From: Polyangiaceae bacterium
GTDB lineage: Bacteria; Myxococcota_A; Polyangia; Polyangiales; Polyangiaceae
Direction: 5' to 3'
NCBI GenBank assembly: GCA_044376115.1
Contig: JBILLK010000035.1
Coordinates: 1 to 64,000, forward strand
DNA length: 64,000 nt
Shown piece by piece: positions 19,627 to 29,093 of the stretch. The notes below the pieces were generated by a model that had not been told where the DNA came from, did no database searches, and was given only the letters and a program-made list of their open reading frames with translations. Numbering within the stretch: the first letter of the stretch is position 1; every line of letters begins with the position of its first letter. A program made the position numbers and the translations under genes.

Positions 19627-19953
19627 GCGACACATCGCGCGGTGTCACGGTGAGACTGGGCGATATGTCGCGCCGGGCGGCTCGATGCGGGGTCCCCGGC
19701 GGCTCGATGCCCGTTGGGATGCGACACATCGCCCGGTGTCACGGTGAGACTGGGCGTAATGTCGCGCCGGGCGGCTCGATGCGGGTTGCAGGGCGGCTCG
19801 AGGCCCGTTGGGATGCGACACATCGCTCGGTGTCACGGTGAGACTGGGCGTAATGTCGCGCCCGGCGGCTCGATGCGGGGTGCAGGGCGGCAGCGCGGCC
19901 GGCGGGATGCGACACATCGCCCGGTGTCACGGTGAGACTGGGCGTAATGTCGC
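19627..19953. repeat. array of 4 family A palindromes, 94-bp period
   Basis: Copies start at 19627, 19721, 19815 and 19909 (variant GCGACACATCG...GACTGGGCG(T/A)(A/T)ATGTCGC). Confidence 0.95.
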
Positions 19954-20008
19954 GTCGGGCGGCTCTAGGCCCAGCGCCCGGCCGGCTCGCCCCAAGAAGA
20001 TCGCCGTC

Positions 20009-20968
20009 ATGCCTAATGCGCTATTGATGAAGTACGACCGTGACGGCTCTATCGCGTCGCTCGCGTTCCTCGAGAGCAGCGACCAACTCGCCGTGGGGTG
20101 CGCCGGCTCGCTGAGTTTGGTCGTGGTCGGGAAGGAGGGGGAGCGCTGCGTCGAGACGGGCGGTGCGGGCGTGGCCTTCGACGCGGCGACTTCACGCTTG
20201 GTCGCCGCCGATTGCGATGAGGTCGCGCTCACCAGCACACGAGAGAAGGGCGTGGAGTTGAGCTGGCTCCCCGGGACGTTCCGCGTTTGGCCGAGCGCGC
20301 GAGTCGCATCGCCGAGCATCCGTCGCGGCGCCAAAGTGGTTATCGCGCCGGGCGGGGAGCTCGCCGCCGTCGGTTCGTTTGACCCGAGGGTGACGCTCTG
20401 GGGGATGAACGACTGGAGCAAACTCGAGCCGCCCGCCGATTTGATGATGACGCGGGCGAAGCCGACGTACGAGCTCGAGGCCGGCAAGCCGCGCGCGACG
20501 ATGCAGCATCCCGCCGACGTGCACCGGCTTCGCTTCAGCCCGGACGCCAAGCTGCTGGCGACCTTGAGCTGCGACGATCTCTGCCTTTGGGACGCCGCGA
20601 CCGGAGCGAAGCGTGCGGCGTGGAAAGGCACGGAGTGGTACGGCCTCGACTTCGCCCCCGACGGCCGAATCGTCCTCGGCGCGAACACCGACGATGAAAA
20701 CGTACAGGTTTACGACCGCGAGGGTAAGCGAGTCGGCGGTTGGTCCGCGCCGTATCGTGTGCTCGATCTCCGGGTGATCTCTCCGGCGATCATCGCGACG
20801 CTCGGGCTCGATTGGCTGTCGCTGCACGATCTCGAGACAGGCGCTGTTCACTGCAAGATCAAGCGCAAGCGTTACAAGGCCAACCGCTGGAATGACTCCG
20901 CGATCGCCGACGTCCGCGGCAACGCGATTATCACGCTCAGCCCCGCGGCGATCCTGCGCGTGACCTAG
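20009..20968 (+). CDS. WD40-like beta-propeller protein
   Basis: LAAVGSFD..VTLW, H...V..L.FSPD.KLLAT...D...LWD, LDFAPDG. Confidence 0.8.
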   Translation: MPNALLMKYDRDGSIASLAFLESSDQLAVGCAGSLSLVVVGKEGERCVETGGAGVAFDAATSRLVAADCDEVALTSTREKGVELSWLPGTFRVWPSARVASPSIRRGAKVVIAPGGELAAVGSFDPRVTLWGMNDWSKLEPPADLMMTRAKPTYELEAGKPRATMQHPADVHRLRFSPDAKLLATLSCDDLCLWDAATGAKRAAWKGTEWYGLDFAPDGRIVLGANTDDENVQVYDREGKRVGGWSAPYRVLDLRVISPAIIATLGLDWLSLHDLETGAVHCKIKRKRYKANRWNDSAIADVRGNAIITLSPAAILRVT

Positions 20969-21003
20969 TCATTGCAGCATTTGCCTTCGGTTGAATGACT
21001 CGT
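20967..21003 (-). repeat. degenerate head-to-tail junction of the 97-bp element; possible bidirectional terminator
   Basis: Minus strand reads ACGAGTCATT|CAACCGAAGG...AATGACT and fills the gap between two convergent stop codons. Confidence 0.6.
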
Positions 21004-21740
21004 CAGTCGCGGTGGCAGATCGCGAACAGCGATGAGCCGATGGGCATATCCATCTTGCGCAAAAGTACTCGCTCGACCTCCATTACCGCGAGCAGGGTCT
21101 CGTTGAGCGGTCGTGGCGGGACCTTGACCTCATACTCGGCGACCGCCTTTACGCCTCGCACGCGCTGCGCCACGCGCTCGACCGCGACGAGCGGAAACAG
21201 CAGCGAGGAAAAATAGCTCAGCCGCTCGATGGAGAATCCTGAGCGTTCGACGACGGCTCGGAAGCCGGCCTTTTCGTAGCGACGAAAGTGGTGGTTAGCG
21301 ACATCGAAGTCGCTCCACAGGAGCATGAGCGCGGGCACGGTCAACACCAGCAGCCCGCCGGGGCGAAGCAGCTCGCGGACGGCGGAAAGTGCGGCGTAGT
21401 CGTCCTCGATGTGCTCGATAACATCGAACAGCGTGATGATGTCGAACTGGCCGTCGACCGGCATCTCGTTGGGGAGATGACCCACGCGAACATCGAGGCC
21501 GAACTTCTCCTTCGCGAACATGGCGGTCGGTGCATCCGGCTCGACCATCGTGACCTCGCCGAAGCGAGCCAGCTCTTGGCTGAGGATGGAGCAAGCCCCG
21601 CCGATGTCGAGCACGCGCCGGCCGCCGTTCGTTCCTCGTGGCGCGTGCTTCTCGATTAGCTCGAGCAGAATGTGGCGACGGCCAATGCGCCAGAAGTGCT
21701 TCTCGAGCTCCCACCATCGCTCGTACGCGCTGCGATCCAT
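21003..21740 (-). CDS. class I SAM-dependent methyltransferase
   Basis: VLDIGGACS, FDIITLFDVIEHIEDD, LRPGGLLVLTVPA...LWS.FD....HFRRY. Confidence 0.9.
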   Translation of the reverse strand: MDRSAYERWWELEKHFWRIGRRHILLELIEKHAPRGTNGGRRVLDIGGACSILSQELARFGEVTMVEPDAPTAMFAKEKFGLDVRVGHLPNEMPVDGQFDIITLFDVIEHIEDDYAALSAVRELLRPGGLLVLTVPALMLLWSDFDVANHHFRRYEKAGFRAVVERSGFSIERLSYFSSLLFPLVAVERVAQRVRGVKAVAEYEVKVPPRPLNETLLAVMEVERVLLRKMDMPIGSSLFAICHRD

Positions 21741-21862
21741 GTTCGTCTCTATCTTGTCTGGGGTGTCCAGGAAAGCTCGAGCGCGGTTTCGAAGCGGCGC
21801 GTTCTCGAAAGAGAGAGCGTCGTGCGTTGACACGCAGCTGCAGCCCGTGGACGACTCGCGTC

Positions 21863-22378
21863 GTGTTGCCCCGCGCCCTGTTCGTTTTCGCGTTCCTGAC
21901 CATGGCGTTCGCGTGCACGAGCGGCACGCCCGTAACAACGCCAACGACGCCGAAAACGGCGGTACCGACGTCTGAGCCAGCGCGGGGCAATCCGGCCGGG
22001 GCTGGGCCCTTGGTCATCGCGCAGCCATCCGCTGATCCACCGCCGGCCGATCCCCAGCTGGACGCGCTGCCGGGCGAGGCCCCGGTCTGCGGCGTGCGCC
22101 TCGAAGGCTCGCGGACCGTGATCGTCGAGGGCCGTTCGGTGCGCCTCTCCGGAGCGCAGGTCACCGCCGGCTCGATCATCAGGCGCTGGGAGATGAAGGA
22201 TAGCGGCATCTCCGAGCACCTCACCTCCGCAGGCCTCTCCACAGCGGCTGGCGCTGCAGGCACAACCGTCAGCGTTGGTAGCGTCGTACCCGTCGGAGCC
22301 GATCGTTATTGCGTAGTGGATATTCTGTACGGGCAATCAGAGCCGGGCTCGGTATCGCTGCAGAAGGTCGCGCCGTAG
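21863..22378 (+). CDS. hypothetical lipoprotein
   Basis: GTG start (uncertain), lipobox MAFA-C, Pro/Thr linker. Confidence 0.6.
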   Translation: MLPRALFVFAFLTMAFACTSGTPVTTPTTPKTAVPTSEPARGNPAGAGPLVIAQPSADPPPADPQLDALPGEAPVCGVRLEGSRTVIVEGRSVRLSGAQVTAGSIIRRWEMKDSGISEHLTSAGLSTAAGAAGTTVSVGSVVPVGADRYCVVDILYGQSEPGSVSLQKVAP

Positions 22379-22435
22379 CGAGGCACCGGCGATCGCCGCT
22401 CCAATCGAGGCTCCAATGGCTGTTATCGTCGCCCG

Positions 22436-23179
22436 GTGAAGCTACACATTCTTGTGCCGCTCTGCCTCCACGCTGCCTGCGTTGAGACGCCTGCCCACCC
22501 CATCATGCAGGCGACGCTGACGGCGGTGCCAAAGCCGACGCCGACCGTAATGCCACCCGCGCCGATTGCGTTCGCGCAGGTCTTTCCGCCGACGTGGAAA
22601 CTTGGAGACACGTGGCGTGTAGCGATGAAGACGGAGGTCCAAGGGACCCCTGTGCGCGGCCCGTACACCGGGCGTGAGTACATCACGCAAGACTTCAACT
22701 TTGAGGTGATCGGCGTGCCGTCCTCCAGCGACTCGGAGGGCGTGTACCGCCTTGATATCCGGACCAAGCGAGACGGCCGGATGCTGCGGTACTACGGGCT
22801 TTACCGCGCTAAGCCGTTCTCGTTCATGCGGCTGGAGGATGACGATGGCAAGTCGGTCTTGCTCGGGCATGAGACCAATCCGGCCGCGCCCTATCTCGGC
22901 GGTGACCGCGGTGGCGTCGTCGTGGACTTCCCGGTTTTGCCGACGCCAGCAACCGTCGGGACCACCACCTTCCAGATCGAAGGCGCACCCGCCACCCAGC
23001 AAGTCGAACGCACGCCCACCGGCCTCCGCTTTACCTTTAGGCGCTACACCCTCCAAGTGATCATCGAGTGGAACGCGGGAGAACCCTGGTGGTCGTCTCA
23101 CGAGCGTATTGCGCTACAGCTCCCAGGTCTTGATTGGCCGCCGCAGTTTCTGAGCTCCGGAAAGCTGCTGACGCCGTGA
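22436..23179 (+). CDS. hypothetical lipoprotein
   Basis: Lipobox-like LHAA-C, 247 aa. Confidence 0.65.
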   Translation: MKLHILVPLCLHAACVETPAHPIMQATLTAVPKPTPTVMPPAPIAFAQVFPPTWKLGDTWRVAMKTEVQGTPVRGPYTGREYITQDFNFEVIGVPSSSDSEGVYRLDIRTKRDGRMLRYYGLYRAKPFSFMRLEDDDGKSVLLGHETNPAAPYLGGDRGGVVVDFPVLPTPATVGTTTFQIEGAPATQQVERTPTGLRFTFRRYTLQVIIEWNAGEPWWSSHERIALQLPGLDWPPQFLSSGKLLTP

Positions 23180-23182
23180 GCC

Positions 23183-23767
23183 TCAAACCGCCTTCTCACT
23201 CGGCGGTCTTAGCTCTTCCGCGAGAGACCGCGAGAACTCGTCGAGCGCTGTCCAGTTGGTGAAGTCGTAGTCGCGTGAGGTGTCGGTGGGCAGGCCTTCG
23301 CGTTTGGCGATGCGCTTCATGACCCAGCGCACGACGGCGTTGTAGTGGGTGAAGGCGAAGGCGCCTGCGATGGGGCGCACGTGGCGCGGATGCCAGCCTG
23401 TTGCGTCGATGAAGGTCTGCAGCTGGGCGCTCACGTTCGCGGCGGACTTGGCGCGGGCCTCGGGCGTCGAGCCTTGTTCGGCGCCAGCCTGTTCGCCGCA
23501 GACCGAGAGCAACGCTGTTGGGATTGCGTCGAGCTGCGTTCGGTTCGCCTTCACGAAAGCGACGAGCTGCGGCTCGTGTTTGCCGAGGTGCACCGACCCG
23601 ACGACCACCGCGGCGTCGCTTCGCGCGAGCACCTCGCTCGCGTCGACATCGCTGACGTGGTGGACCGCGACGTCGAGCGTGCGCTCGGTGAGCGCCGCAG
23701 CGACCCGCTCGGCCACCTTGTGCGCGTGACCTTCCTTCGTTGCGTAGAACACTCCGACTCGCTGCAT
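23183..23767 (-). CDS. hemG: flavodoxin-domain protein, HemG-like protoporphyrinogen IX oxidase
   Basis: FYATKEGHA.KVAE, VVGSVHLGKH, AGA..F..Y....RWVMK.I, DTSRDYDFT.W. Confidence 0.8.
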   Translation of the reverse strand: MQRVGVFYATKEGHAHKVAERVAAALTERTLDVAVHHVSDVDASEVLARSDAAVVVGSVHLGKHEPQLVAFVKANRTQLDAIPTALLSVCGEQAGAEQGSTPEARAKSAANVSAQLQTFIDATGWHPRHVRPIAGAFAFTHYNAVVRWVMKRIAKREGLPTDTSRDYDFTNWTALDEFSRSLAEELRPPSEKAV

Positions 23768-23920
23768 CGCGGCCTCCGCTGGGTCGGAGTGCAACGACTA
23801 GGCCGCGTGGATTGCGCATGAGTGCGGTGCGTCGCATGCGCGGCCTACGCTTCGTACGCACGAGGTAACCGGGCGGCGGCGCCTCAGTGTGGCGTTATGG
23901 CGCCGCTCGCTTTCGTTCGT

Positions 23921-24382
23921 CTACTCGCTACATTCAGCCCACTCGGTGGTCTTACCGTCGAAGTGCTCTTTGTCGGCGTCGGCTCCGGCGCGCGTCCGGT
24001 GCACGACCCCGTCGCGATGGTTGGGCGGTGAGTAGATTGTGTAGAGCTTCATCGGCGCTTTGCCGGTGTTGATGATGTTGTGCTTTGTGCCGGCCGGTAC
24101 GAGCACGCCGAAGCCAGCGCGGATCGGCGTGTGAAGGCCGTCGAGCACCGCCTCTCCGCTGCCCTCCTCGACGCGGAAGAACTGGTCGAGCTTGTGCACC
24201 TCCGCCCCGATCTCCTCCTTGGGCTCCAGCGCCATGAGCACGAGCTGGCAATGTTTGGCCGTGTAGAGCACGCGGCGGAAGTCGACGTTATCGACCGCCA
24301 AGCCCTCGAGATTCTGGACGAAGCCTTTTATGACAATCTTCTTTCTTGGCCTGCGCGTTGTGGAAGAGCGCTTTGGCCGCAT
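23921..24382 (-). CDS. cupin domain protein (start uncertain)
   Basis: FRRVLYTAKHCQLVLM, EIGAEVH..DQFFRVEEG, PAGTKHNIINTG, KLYTIYSPPNH. Confidence 0.85.
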   Translation of the reverse strand: MRPKRSSTTRRPRKKIVIKGFVQNLEGLAVDNVDFRRVLYTAKHCQLVLMALEPKEEIGAEVHKLDQFFRVEEGSGEAVLDGLHTPIRAGFGVLVPAGTKHNIINTGKAPMKLYTIYSPPNHRDGVVHRTRAGADADKEHFDGKTTEWAECSE

Positions 24383-24439
24383 CAACGCGACGAGCACGTC
24401 TCGGGCCACGAGGTTGGACAACTCAAGACCGTGGTGGCA

Positions 24440-24673
24440 GCGACATTGGGGCGCGCGATAAGCCATCGCCCGGCCGAATGTCGCTCCGAGCACCGGCGTC
24501 GCCGAATATTCGCCGACGAACGCGCGAGCTCCCGGCCAACTCCAGCGAAGAAACGCTGCGCTTTCGCAGTCCCGCGCTGAGGATCGCTCGCGTTGAGCTG
24601 CCGCCGAAGGGAGCCAATCGTCGCTGGAGTGACATTCGGCGGGGCGATGGTTTATCGCACGCCCCAATGTCAC
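24440..24673. repeat. inverted pair of family B 45-bp palindromes (REPIN-like)
   Basis: GCGACATTGGGGCGCGCGATAAGCCATCGCCCGGCCGAATGTCGC at 24440-24484, with a reverse-oriented copy at 24629-24673. Confidence 0.85.
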
Positions 24674-24734
24674 AGTGCTCGATGTCGCTCGCTGGCCGCA
24701 ACGCCTAGCCTTCGGTGATCCCCGTCATCGTGAA

Positions 24735-25352
24735 TCAATCGACCGAAATCAGCTCCACATCGAACGTGAGCTGTCCAACGGGTGCGCCTGCACGTTTTGG
24801 GACGTCCCCGAACGCGAGGTCTGCTGGGATCCAAATGCGTGCGATGTCGCCAGCGACCATCTCGCGCATCGCGTGTTGCCAACCTGGGATGATGCCGGAG
24901 ATCTTGAAGGTGGCCGGACGGTCCCGCTTCATGGAGGTATCGAAGCGCTTTCCATCACGCATCCAACCGGCGTAGTGAACCTGGATCACGCTCTCGGCGG
25001 ACGGGCGGATGGTGCCCGTCCCTTTGCGAAGGAGCTTGATACGCACGCCGGACGGAAGCATCCGTGCGTCGCTCGGCGGATCCGCGACATCGGCGGGTGC
25101 GCGTCCACTCTCGAGGGCCTGCCGCGGAGCCTCCGTGGGTGCAGGCGTAGTCGCAGGCGCGCTCGGGCCGACGATTGCAGACGCCGGAGGACTCGCTGAT
25201 TCCACCGCACCGGGCGCGCTGGTCTCAACGGCAGGCGCCGTTGTGGCCGAGGTGCTCGTGACGAGCAGGCCTGGTCCGCTCGGCGCGTCGGTGGACGTCG
25301 TCGCAGCCGTCGCACAACCAGCGAAGAAGAGGCTGAGCCAGAGAGTTCGCAC
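24735..25352 (-). CDS. FKBP-type peptidyl-prolyl cis-trans isomerase, lipoprotein
   Basis: VHYAGW..DGK.FDTS..R..P..F.I..IIPGW, WIPADLAFG, FDVELI; lipobox FAG-C. Confidence 0.92.
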   Translation of the reverse strand: MRTLWLSLFFAGCATAATTSTDAPSGPGLLVTSTSATTAPAVETSAPGAVESASPPASAIVGPSAPATTPAPTEAPRQALESGRAPADVADPPSDARMLPSGVRIKLLRKGTGTIRPSAESVIQVHYAGWMRDGKRFDTSMKRDRPATFKISGIIPGWQHAMREMVAGDIARIWIPADLAFGDVPKRAGAPVGQLTFDVELISVD

Positions 25353-25463
25353 GCTCGCAAACTACACTGCCTCATGCGCAGCCGCTACGCGCCTTGAGCG
25401 GAGTCGCCGCGGCTTGGGACCGGCGACGTTGCTGGTCCGAATCCAATGCGATACTCAACGTCC

Positions 25464-27824
25464 ATGGCGACCGACTCGGACCTCTCGGCGGAGCCGACCC
25501 TCGCAGTGTTTGCGACGACCATCGCCCGTGACCCCGCGGTCGGTCCAGCCACGCCCTCGGGTAACAGCGGTGGCCTGCTTTCTGGGACCACGCTCGCTGG
25601 CCGCTACGACGTCATCGACCTGCTTGGTGAGGGCGGAATGGGGGAGGTGTACCGTGCGCGCGACCGCGAGCTCGACGAGCTCGTTGCCTTGAAGCTGTTG
25701 CGTCCGGATGTGGCCAGCCAGCCCGCCTGGCTCGACCGCTTTCGAAACGAGGTCCGCCTCGCACGGCGGGTGACCCATCGCAACGTCGCGCGCACCTTCG
25801 AGCTCGGCGAGGCCGGCGGCACGCGGTTCCTGACCATGGAGCTGGTGGACGGAGAGTCGGTCGGGAGCGTGCTCGAACGCCGAGGGCCGCTCGACGTCGC
25901 CTCTGCAGCGCGTATCGGCCTCGGAATGGCCGAGGCGCTTGCCGCAGCGCACGCTGTCGGCGTCGTTCACCGCGACGTCAAACCCGACAACGTCATGGTC
26001 GCGCGAGATGGTCGTGTGGTCGTGACCGACTTCGGGATCGCCCACGAGACGCACGACGAAGCTGGAGCGCGCACCTTCGCGGGGACGCCGGCCTACATGG
26101 CGCCGGAGCAGGCCGCGGGCGAGCCTGCGACGGTGCTTTCGGACCTGTACGCGCTGGGCGTGACGCTGTTCGAAATGGTGACCGGCTCGCTGCCGTTCTC
26201 TGGGAACTCGACGGCTGGGCTCCTCGCCGCTCGGCTGCTTAGCGATGCGCCCGATGTGCGCGAGCGAGCGCCACACGTCTCGCCAGCGTTCGCCGAGATC
26301 GTCAAGAAGGTGATGTCCAAGGATCCGGCCCTGCGCTACGCGTCGGCCGAGGCGCTCGCGACGTCGCTTTCGGCGTTGATCGTGAGCGGCGGGGAAGTCC
26401 GTCCAATCGAGCTCGAGGTTCCCTCGTTTCCTGCCGGCGCGTTTCGCACCGTCGTGGTGATGCCCTTCGCCGAGCCGCTGCGCTCGACCTACCTTACCGA
26501 GGCGCTGTTCGATCGGGTCACCGAGGTCCTCGGTCGCGTGCCGCGGCTCCGTGTGCTGCCCAGGGCTTTTGTCGACCCGACGATGGTCGAGATGAAGGAG
26601 GACACCGACGTTGGTGATCTGACGGTCTCGGGCCTGCGCGCAGGGGAGGGCGAAGGCGAGGTCACGATCGGTGCGCTCGATGCGGGCGGCCGGCCGCGCT
26701 TTCGATTCGAGCTCGCGGTCGGGCCGGCACGGGTCGACGCTGTCGCCGAGACCGTCGCGCGAGCGATCGCCGCCGCGCTCGACCTCGACTCACGCGCGGA
26801 CGCCACGACGCTGCCGGAGCGGGAGGGCCAGATCCTCGAGCTCGTCATGCGCGCGCGGAACAAGTACCACCTGCCCCACGCGGAAGACCTGCGCGAGGCC
26901 GTGCAGCTCTACGAAAGAGCGCTCGTGCTCGCCCCGAACGACGCGCGCGTGCTCGCCGGGTTCGCGATGGCGCAGGCTCGGAGCCTTTTCTATGAATCGC
27001 CGCCGAACGCCACGCTCGAGCGCGCGGATGCCGCTTCGCGCCGAGCCCTGCTGCTGTCGCCGGAGCTCGCGGAGGCGCACCTCGCCCGCGGGCAGCTCGC
27101 GCTCCATAGCGGCGAGCCCGTCTTGGCCGCGGGCCGGTTCCGTGCAGCGCTGCGGCTCGCGCCCCAGCGCGCGGAGACCCACGAGTGGACGGGCCGCCTC
27201 CTGCTCGAGACAGGCAACCTGCGCGACGGGCTGCCTCGCGTGCGCATGGCGATGAGGATCGACGCGCGCGTGATCACGCTTCAATGGGAAGTCGCTCGCG
27301 CGTGGGCCCTGCTCGGCGACTGGGACCGTTTCGATGCCGTCGTCGCCGAGATCCGTCGGCGCACGAAGGGTTCTCCAGGCCGCTTCGCCGGGCGCATTCG
27401 CCACGCGGCGTGGAGAGGCGATACGGTCGAACTCGCGGCGCTCGAGCTGGAGTTCGCGGCCACGCCCGAGTTGGCCATCTTCGACGTGAGGATCTCCAGG
27501 GCGCTCCTCGACGTCTACCACCTCGGTCGCTACGCCGAGGTTCGCTCGATGCTCGCCGACGCGTGCGGCGCGAAGAGCTCGCCCAGCCTGCGTCGCGTGA
27601 CGTTCACCACCCAGCTCTTCGCCGAAGCGGCCGCCTTCGCCGGAGACGTCGAGACCGCGCTCGCCGAGATTGAACGGGCGGACGCGGCGGGTCTCATCGA
27701 TCTGCATTGGGTGGACCACTGCCCGCACTTCGTGCGCCTGCGCGATGAGCCGCGCTTCATCACGGCGCGAGCGCGCATCGCCCGACGGGCCGAGGACGTG
27801 GTGGCGGCGCTGTACGAGTCCTGA
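25464..27824 (+). CDS. Ser/Thr protein kinase with C-terminal TolB-like/TPR region
   Basis: LGEGGMGEVY, HRDVKPDN, DFG, GTPAYMAPE, followed by TPR-like helices. Confidence 0.92.
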   Translation: MATDSDLSAEPTLAVFATTIARDPAVGPATPSGNSGGLLSGTTLAGRYDVIDLLGEGGMGEVYRARDRELDELVALKLLRPDVASQPAWLDRFRNEVRLARRVTHRNVARTFELGEAGGTRFLTMELVDGESVGSVLERRGPLDVASAARIGLGMAEALAAAHAVGVVHRDVKPDNVMVARDGRVVVTDFGIAHETHDEAGARTFAGTPAYMAPEQAAGEPATVLSDLYALGVTLFEMVTGSLPFSGNSTAGLLAARLLSDAPDVRERAPHVSPAFAEIVKKVMSKDPALRYASAEALATSLSALIVSGGEVRPIELEVPSFPAGAFRTVVVMPFAEPLRSTYLTEALFDRVTEVLGRVPRLRVLPRAFVDPTMVEMKEDTDVGDLTVSGLRAGEGEGEVTIGALDAGGRPRFRFELAVGPARVDAVAETVARAIAAALDLDSRADATTLPEREGQILELVMRARNKYHLPHAEDLREAVQLYERALVLAPNDARVLAGFAMAQARSLFYESPPNATLERADAASRRALLLSPELAEAHLARGQLALHSGEPVLAAGRFRAALRLAPQRAETHEWTGRLLLETGNLRDGLPRVRMAMRIDARVITLQWEVARAWALLGDWDRFDAVVAEIRRRTKGSPGRFAGRIRHAAWRGDTVELAALELEFAATPELAIFDVRISRALLDVYHLGRYAEVRSMLADACGAKSSPSLRRVTFTTQLFAEAAAFAGDVETALAEIERADAAGLIDLHWVDHCPHFVRLRDEPRFITARARIARRAEDVVAALYES

Positions 27825-28098
27825 GTCCGTTCTTCTACGGACGCCGCCTGTGCAGCGCCAGGCGGCGGAGTCGGCCGATGGACCGACATTCGAGAGGCTA
27901 TGTTGCAGATACCGATCGCCGAGCGGCCTGTGTCGGCCGAGCCAAGCGCGCTCGGCGGCGCTTAGCTGTGTCCTCCACCCCGTGCGGCCTCGTCTCCTCA
28001 GCGTGAGGACTCGAGGTAGCACCGACATTGCGCGACCGAGCGGGAGCCTCCCGCGTATCCTCCGCGTGGGTCGGGAAAGCTGCCTGGCCCGAGGAGCG

Positions 28099-29093
28099 AT
28101 GATGTCGGTTCGATCGATGGCCAATCAATCACCCGCAGGATCCGCCGCGGCTGCGCTCGTAGGGACGAAGCGCAACCTGGAGGTCAGCGTCGCGTCGGGG
28201 GACGCGCTCGACGTGAGGTCTTTCCGCGTGGAGGAGAGCTTCTCGGAGCTGTTCACGATTCGACTCCAGGTGGTGGCGTCGAATCATGACGTCGCGCTCG
28301 ACGCGGTGGTCGGTGGGCCGGCGACCTTCGAGATCCACGGTGGTGAGCGGGACCTCTCGCGCGATCGATCGTGGACTGGGATCTGTCGCGAGTTCCAGCA
28401 GGTCCGCGTCGAGCCGGACGGGCTCTCCAGCTACGAGCTCGAGATCGTCCCTGTGTTGTGGCTGCTTACTCAGCGCCGCAACCACCGCATCTTTCAACAG
28501 ATGTCCGAACTCGCGATCGTGGAGACGCTGCTGGGTGAGTGGGGCATTGCCTACCGCAAGGAGGTCGGAGGGACGTTCGCGCCGCGCGACTATCGCGTGC
28601 AATACGGCGAGTCGGACTACACGTTCCTCTGCCGCATGCTCGAGGACATCGGTGTGACGTTCTGGTTCGCGCAGGGCGCCGAGGGCACCGAGCTCGTGCT
28701 CGGGGACGCGCCGCAGCAGTCTGCGCCGCGCACGATTGCGCTCCACTTCAAGGACCAGCCGACGGCGGCGGATCGCGATCACGTGACGCGCGTGGCCATC
28801 AAACAGCGCATCACCCCCGGAGGCTTCACCGTGCGCGACTACGACACGCGGCTGCCTTCGGACTTTCCGCTGCTCGCCGGCGCTAACGCGGGCGCGGGCT
28901 CGGTCGAAGCCCGCCTGGAGCAGTTCGTGTATGCACCGGGCGCGTTCCTGTTTTCCGGCGGAGAGCCTGGAGATACGCCGGCCGCCGATGATCGGGGCGT
29001 CGCGCGCTCGAGTGAGAAGGCCGCTTCGGAGCTCGCGACCCGTCGGCTCGATGCAGCGCGCGGAGACCGTGTGGTGATCGGCTTCGAGACCAC
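28099..29093 (+). pseudogene. vgrG: truncated vgrG (N-terminal gp27-like part only)
   Basis: LWLLTQRRNHRIFQ and RDYRVQYGESDYTFLCRMLED; similarity stops at ...GFETT; OB-fold and gp5 regions are missing. Confidence 0.85.

Noticed and set aside
2137..19953. Family A arrays as CRISPR arrays
   Set aside because: The linkers are homologous to each other rather than unique spacers, arrays have only 1-4 units, and no cas genes are present
19491..20008. Short ORFs and N-terminal extension translated from the repeat arrays
   Set aside because: Products of the 94-bp repeats; the period is not a multiple of 3
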